Source of the DNA: Fistulifera solaris
Lineage: Eukaryota
Assembly (NCBI GenBank): GCA_030295235.1
Contig: AP026128.1
Location: forward strand, 248,001 to 312,000
DNA length: 64,000 nucleotides
Reading direction: 5' to 3'
The notes below the pieces were generated by a model. The model worked only from the letters and a program-made list of their open reading frames with translations, did not search any database and was not told where the DNA came from. The position numbers and the translations under genes are program-made. This document shows, piece by piece, positions 61,409 through 64,000 of this stretch. How positions within the stretch are numbered: position 1 is the stretch's first letter; each line of letters opens with the position of its first letter.

Positions 61409-61885
61409 ATGATGGGTTGGGCCAGTATTCCGTTTCTGGGGGACATTGATGAAACAGACGACGACAAAGAAGAATCAACCGATGAACGGAAGTCCAAAAA
61501 CAATACACCCGAAACACTGGATTTAACGCCCCTCTCCTTTTCAAAAACGACTGTCTCTACTCCAATTACACCGAAACGTCTCTTTCCGAAAACACCCAAA
61601 CGACGACCTACCAAGTCTTCCCCACCGCCTTCCACAATTCATTTGAGCAGCGATCACGGGATACGGATATGTTCACGTGCGAATTGGCGGCAAAGTGACG
61701 AAGTTTTGCGGGGATCACTGCGGCAGTACGAGTCTCGTCCCAGGAATCATCGAATTACCGTTCCGGAACCCTTTGTGCTGCAGACGGCCCTGCGAGCTTC
61801 ACCTTCCAATACAGCAACAACGCCGGAAGAAACATACGTGTTTCGAGCGAGACCTTTGCCGCGCTTTTATGGAACCACTCGATGA
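61409..61885 (+). CDS. Small protein with TPX2-like motifs
   Basis: ITVPEPFVLQTALRA and YVFRARPLP resemble TPX2 repeat motifs; several TP/SP sites; start uncertain. Confidence 0.55.
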   Translation: MMGWASIPFLGDIDETDDDKEESTDERKSKNNTPETLDLTPLSFSKTTVSTPITPKRLFPKTPKRRPTKSSPPPSTIHLSSDHGIRICSRANWRQSDEVLRGSLRQYESRPRNHRITVPEPFVLQTALRASPSNTATTPEETYVFRARPLPRFYGTTR

Positions 61886-62002
61886 TGATACATGTATAGA
61901 TAGAGGTAGATAGAAAGTTAGATAAAATGGACTCATGTACACACGGAGCAATTTTCGGTTATGCAAACACGCACATAATACAAGAAGACAAATTTCGTGC
62001 AA

Positions 62003-62896
62003 TCATACAATCGGAGACTGGATTGAATGTTTCGTCGTCGTTTGTGCATAAATCCAGTCGAAGTAATAGGGTTGGAATGATATTTTTCGGGCCACGCGAA
62101 TGCCTGGGCCCGATGAATCCCGCTTCAATAACCCATCAACTTGGACTTGGAGGGGTATCGTCTCCGACCCGACATGTTCGGGATGTTGGGAAGCAAACGC
62201 GCAGACGGGATCGTACGATACAAAGTGTCCCGACCCATCGTGTTCCAATAAACGCCGAAAAAATTCCGAGTCTCGTTGAGTTCGCTCGAGAAATTCGGCA
62301 AAGGCATCGTCTGTTGGAATAAGTTGTTCGCGACTACTCACACAGGCTGTTACGAGATAAATCTTGTCTGTCAAGTGCTTCATTTGAAGCACTGTTTGTG
62401 CGGCCCTGGGATCCCAATGAAAGTTGAATTCCGGTTGTTGATGATGAGGATGATTGCCACCCATGATCCATATCGAACGTATCTTGATACTCAGGCCACA
62501 TTGAGTAAACCAATGAGCTACATTCGTCAGCGGTCCCAAGCATAATAGGTTTACGCTTTTCTCGGCACTTTGCAACAGATGGTTTCGGACCATTGTCCAG
62601 GCATTTGAAAAAGGAGGACTTTGGGGAAGACCCTGCGTTGCTGGCAATAAGGATGCGACCGTATTCGATCGGTACTGCTGTAGCCAATCCGGCACCGCAT
62701 TTTCGTTCGGACTATCAAGTCCGATCGCAATATCGAGCGAAGGAAACAACTTTTGCAACGTATCCGCCGCGTGAGACGCCGAAAGAACACCACCGACGGT
62801 CGTAAGAATGCAAGGTTGTGACAGGCATTGTATGGCCAGGAGATCATCCATACCGGCATCGGTGTCGATAATCCATGATGTTGTTGTGGTTGACAT
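62003..62896 (-). CDS. Inosine/uridine-preferring nucleoside hydrolase family protein
   Basis: IIDTDAGMDD, LCLGPLTNVA, IMGG, EFNFHWDP.AA, YDP. Confidence 0.9.
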   Translation of the reverse strand: MSTTTTSWIIDTDAGMDDLLAIQCLSQPCILTTVGGVLSASHAADTLQKLFPSLDIAIGLDSPNENAVPDWLQQYRSNTVASLLPATQGLPQSPPFSNAWTMVRNHLLQSAEKSVNLLCLGPLTNVAHWFTQCGLSIKIRSIWIMGGNHPHHQQPEFNFHWDPRAAQTVLQMKHLTDKIYLVTACVSSREQLIPTDDAFAEFLERTQRDSEFFRRLLEHDGSGHFVSYDPVCAFASQHPEHVGSETIPLQVQVDGLLKRDSSGPGIRVARKISFQPYYFDWIYAQTTTKHSIQSPIV

Positions 62897-63358
62897 CTCT
62901 AAAAGGAAAGTATTTTATTTCTTCGGATATACATTCGCTACTTATTATTTTATGATATGATCCGTCGTGTGAATGATGAGAGAATGATGAGGGGCAGTTC
63001 TTTATTGTGACCGCTTGTCGACTGAGGTTACGCGTTAAGTTGAAGAGGATCATCCGGCGCAACCAACTTTTAATGGTAAAACGTGTATTATGATAAAATG
63101 AAACAAGTTATACTAATCGCAATTATATAAATTCATTAGAATAGAGCAAATGTCACGCAGGCATGGCCAAACGCCATACTTTTGTGTTTCATTTGCATTC
63201 ATCTCAATCGACGCAAGCAATATTCGTCTCATTCATTGCGTTTGATTTCATCGACACAACAGAGTGCATAAATCTCTTGAGATCAAGGTGCTGTGATACG
63301 ATCATTGTAAATAGCAAAAGCACTCGCGGAGATGAACACGTCGGCTTCGTCGTTTACC

Positions 63359-64000
63359 ATGGATACTTCCGGAATTCAGAATCATGAGTACGATGATCTG
63401 GGTCTCGACAATCTATTGACCTGTTCGACCCGGTTACCCAGTGACGATGATGAAGATGAACGATACGTTCCCGAATCGTTAGCTTCATTTGTACACGCCT
63501 TTGATGCGGCCTTGGAAGAAGCGAAGCAAAACTTTTTCGAAACCATTGCGTCGCCCCGACCCGCCCTCACGGAAGAGGAAGACTGGAATCGGACTCCGTT
63601 ACCGAACCCGGCCAACCAAATTACGGTCCGTGCGGCGAAACGGGAATTGCAAATTTTCACGATACCGCGGCCGGTTGATCCGCCTTCCACGTGTACTCCA
63701 TCGAAAACCTCGTCGATGAAAGCCATCCGTCCGATGGTGGCTTCGCCGCAAGGCACTCCAGCGCGACAAAAATTGTTTGAATCTCCGGCGACGGATACAA
63801 CAATTAAACAGGATTCATCCAAAGAAATCGCCTCCAAAGGATCCACCAGTCCTACCTGGACGACGGGCATGTCCGCCGCGAGCAAACGACGGACGCAGTT
63901 TATCAAGGCACGAAAGGCATCCAAGCGAGCCACTCCGGAACCATCGACAGTCAAAAGAGACGAGACGACTTGTCTTTCCGCCATGAAAAGTTTGCGATCG
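63359..64000 (+). CDS. Hypothetical protein, 5' part (runs off the window)
   Basis: ATG at 63359 opens a frame (MDTSGIQNHEYDDLGLDNLL...) with no stop to the window end; missing from the ORF track because it lacks a stop. Confidence 0.6.
   Translation, partial: MDTSGIQNHEYDDLGLDNLLTCSTRLPSDDDEDERYVPESLASFVHAFDAALEEAKQNFFETIASPRPALTEEEDWNRTPLPNPANQITVRAAKRELQIFTIPRPVDPPSTCTPSKTSSMKAIRPMVASPQGTPARQKLFESPATDTTIKQDSSKEIASKGSTSPTWTTGMSAASKRRTQFIKARKASKRATPEPSTVKRDETTCLSAMKSLRS

Noticed and set aside
63382..63984. 200-aa minus-strand ORF at the window end
   Set aside because: Antisense to the open plus-strand frame from ATG 63359, which has more protein-like composition
1..64000. tRNA, rRNA or autonomous transposon genes
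   Set aside because: No cloverleaf, rRNA-like tract, transposase or reverse transcriptase motifs recognised by eye; a covariance-model scan would be needed to exclude small RNAs

Overview
Eukaryotic nuclear DNA with compact, gene-dense organisation, short GT-AG introns (mostly 58-200 nt) and gene content typical of a diatom (inference; no search run). About 30 protein-coding genes: GlyRS (3' part), a multi-zinc-ribbon SSSCA1-like protein, RPS14, an ACT protein, an HDAC, two tandem class-3 lipases, a GBF1-type Sec7 ARF-GEF, TruA, CoaD, two tandem DUF389 genes, a DUF2256 fusion, NO66/RIOX1, a polyQ heat-shock factor, mannitol dehydrogenase, an ankyrin-methyltransferase, a fasciclin surface protein, xylose isomerase, LSM5, an RCC1-like protein, an aspartic protease and others. 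Non-genic highlights: (1) a ~4.5 kb satellite of 51-52 bp double-palindromic monomers with higher-order structure, preceded by a 406-bp tandem duplication and interrupted by a TA-flanked MITE (centromere candidate by inference only); (2) a 443-bp MITE with ~37-bp TIRs and a 7-bp TSD between the lipase copies; (3) two sequence-homologous introns flanking a 22-nt microexon in the HSF gene, suggesting recent intron copying; (4) a relic of the GBF1 3' end carried along in the lipase duplication. About 15 single-base frameshifts, each repairable in a homopolymer run, break otherwise intact genes and are most likely sequencing/assembly errors. Coordinates were read by eye and may be off by a few bases.
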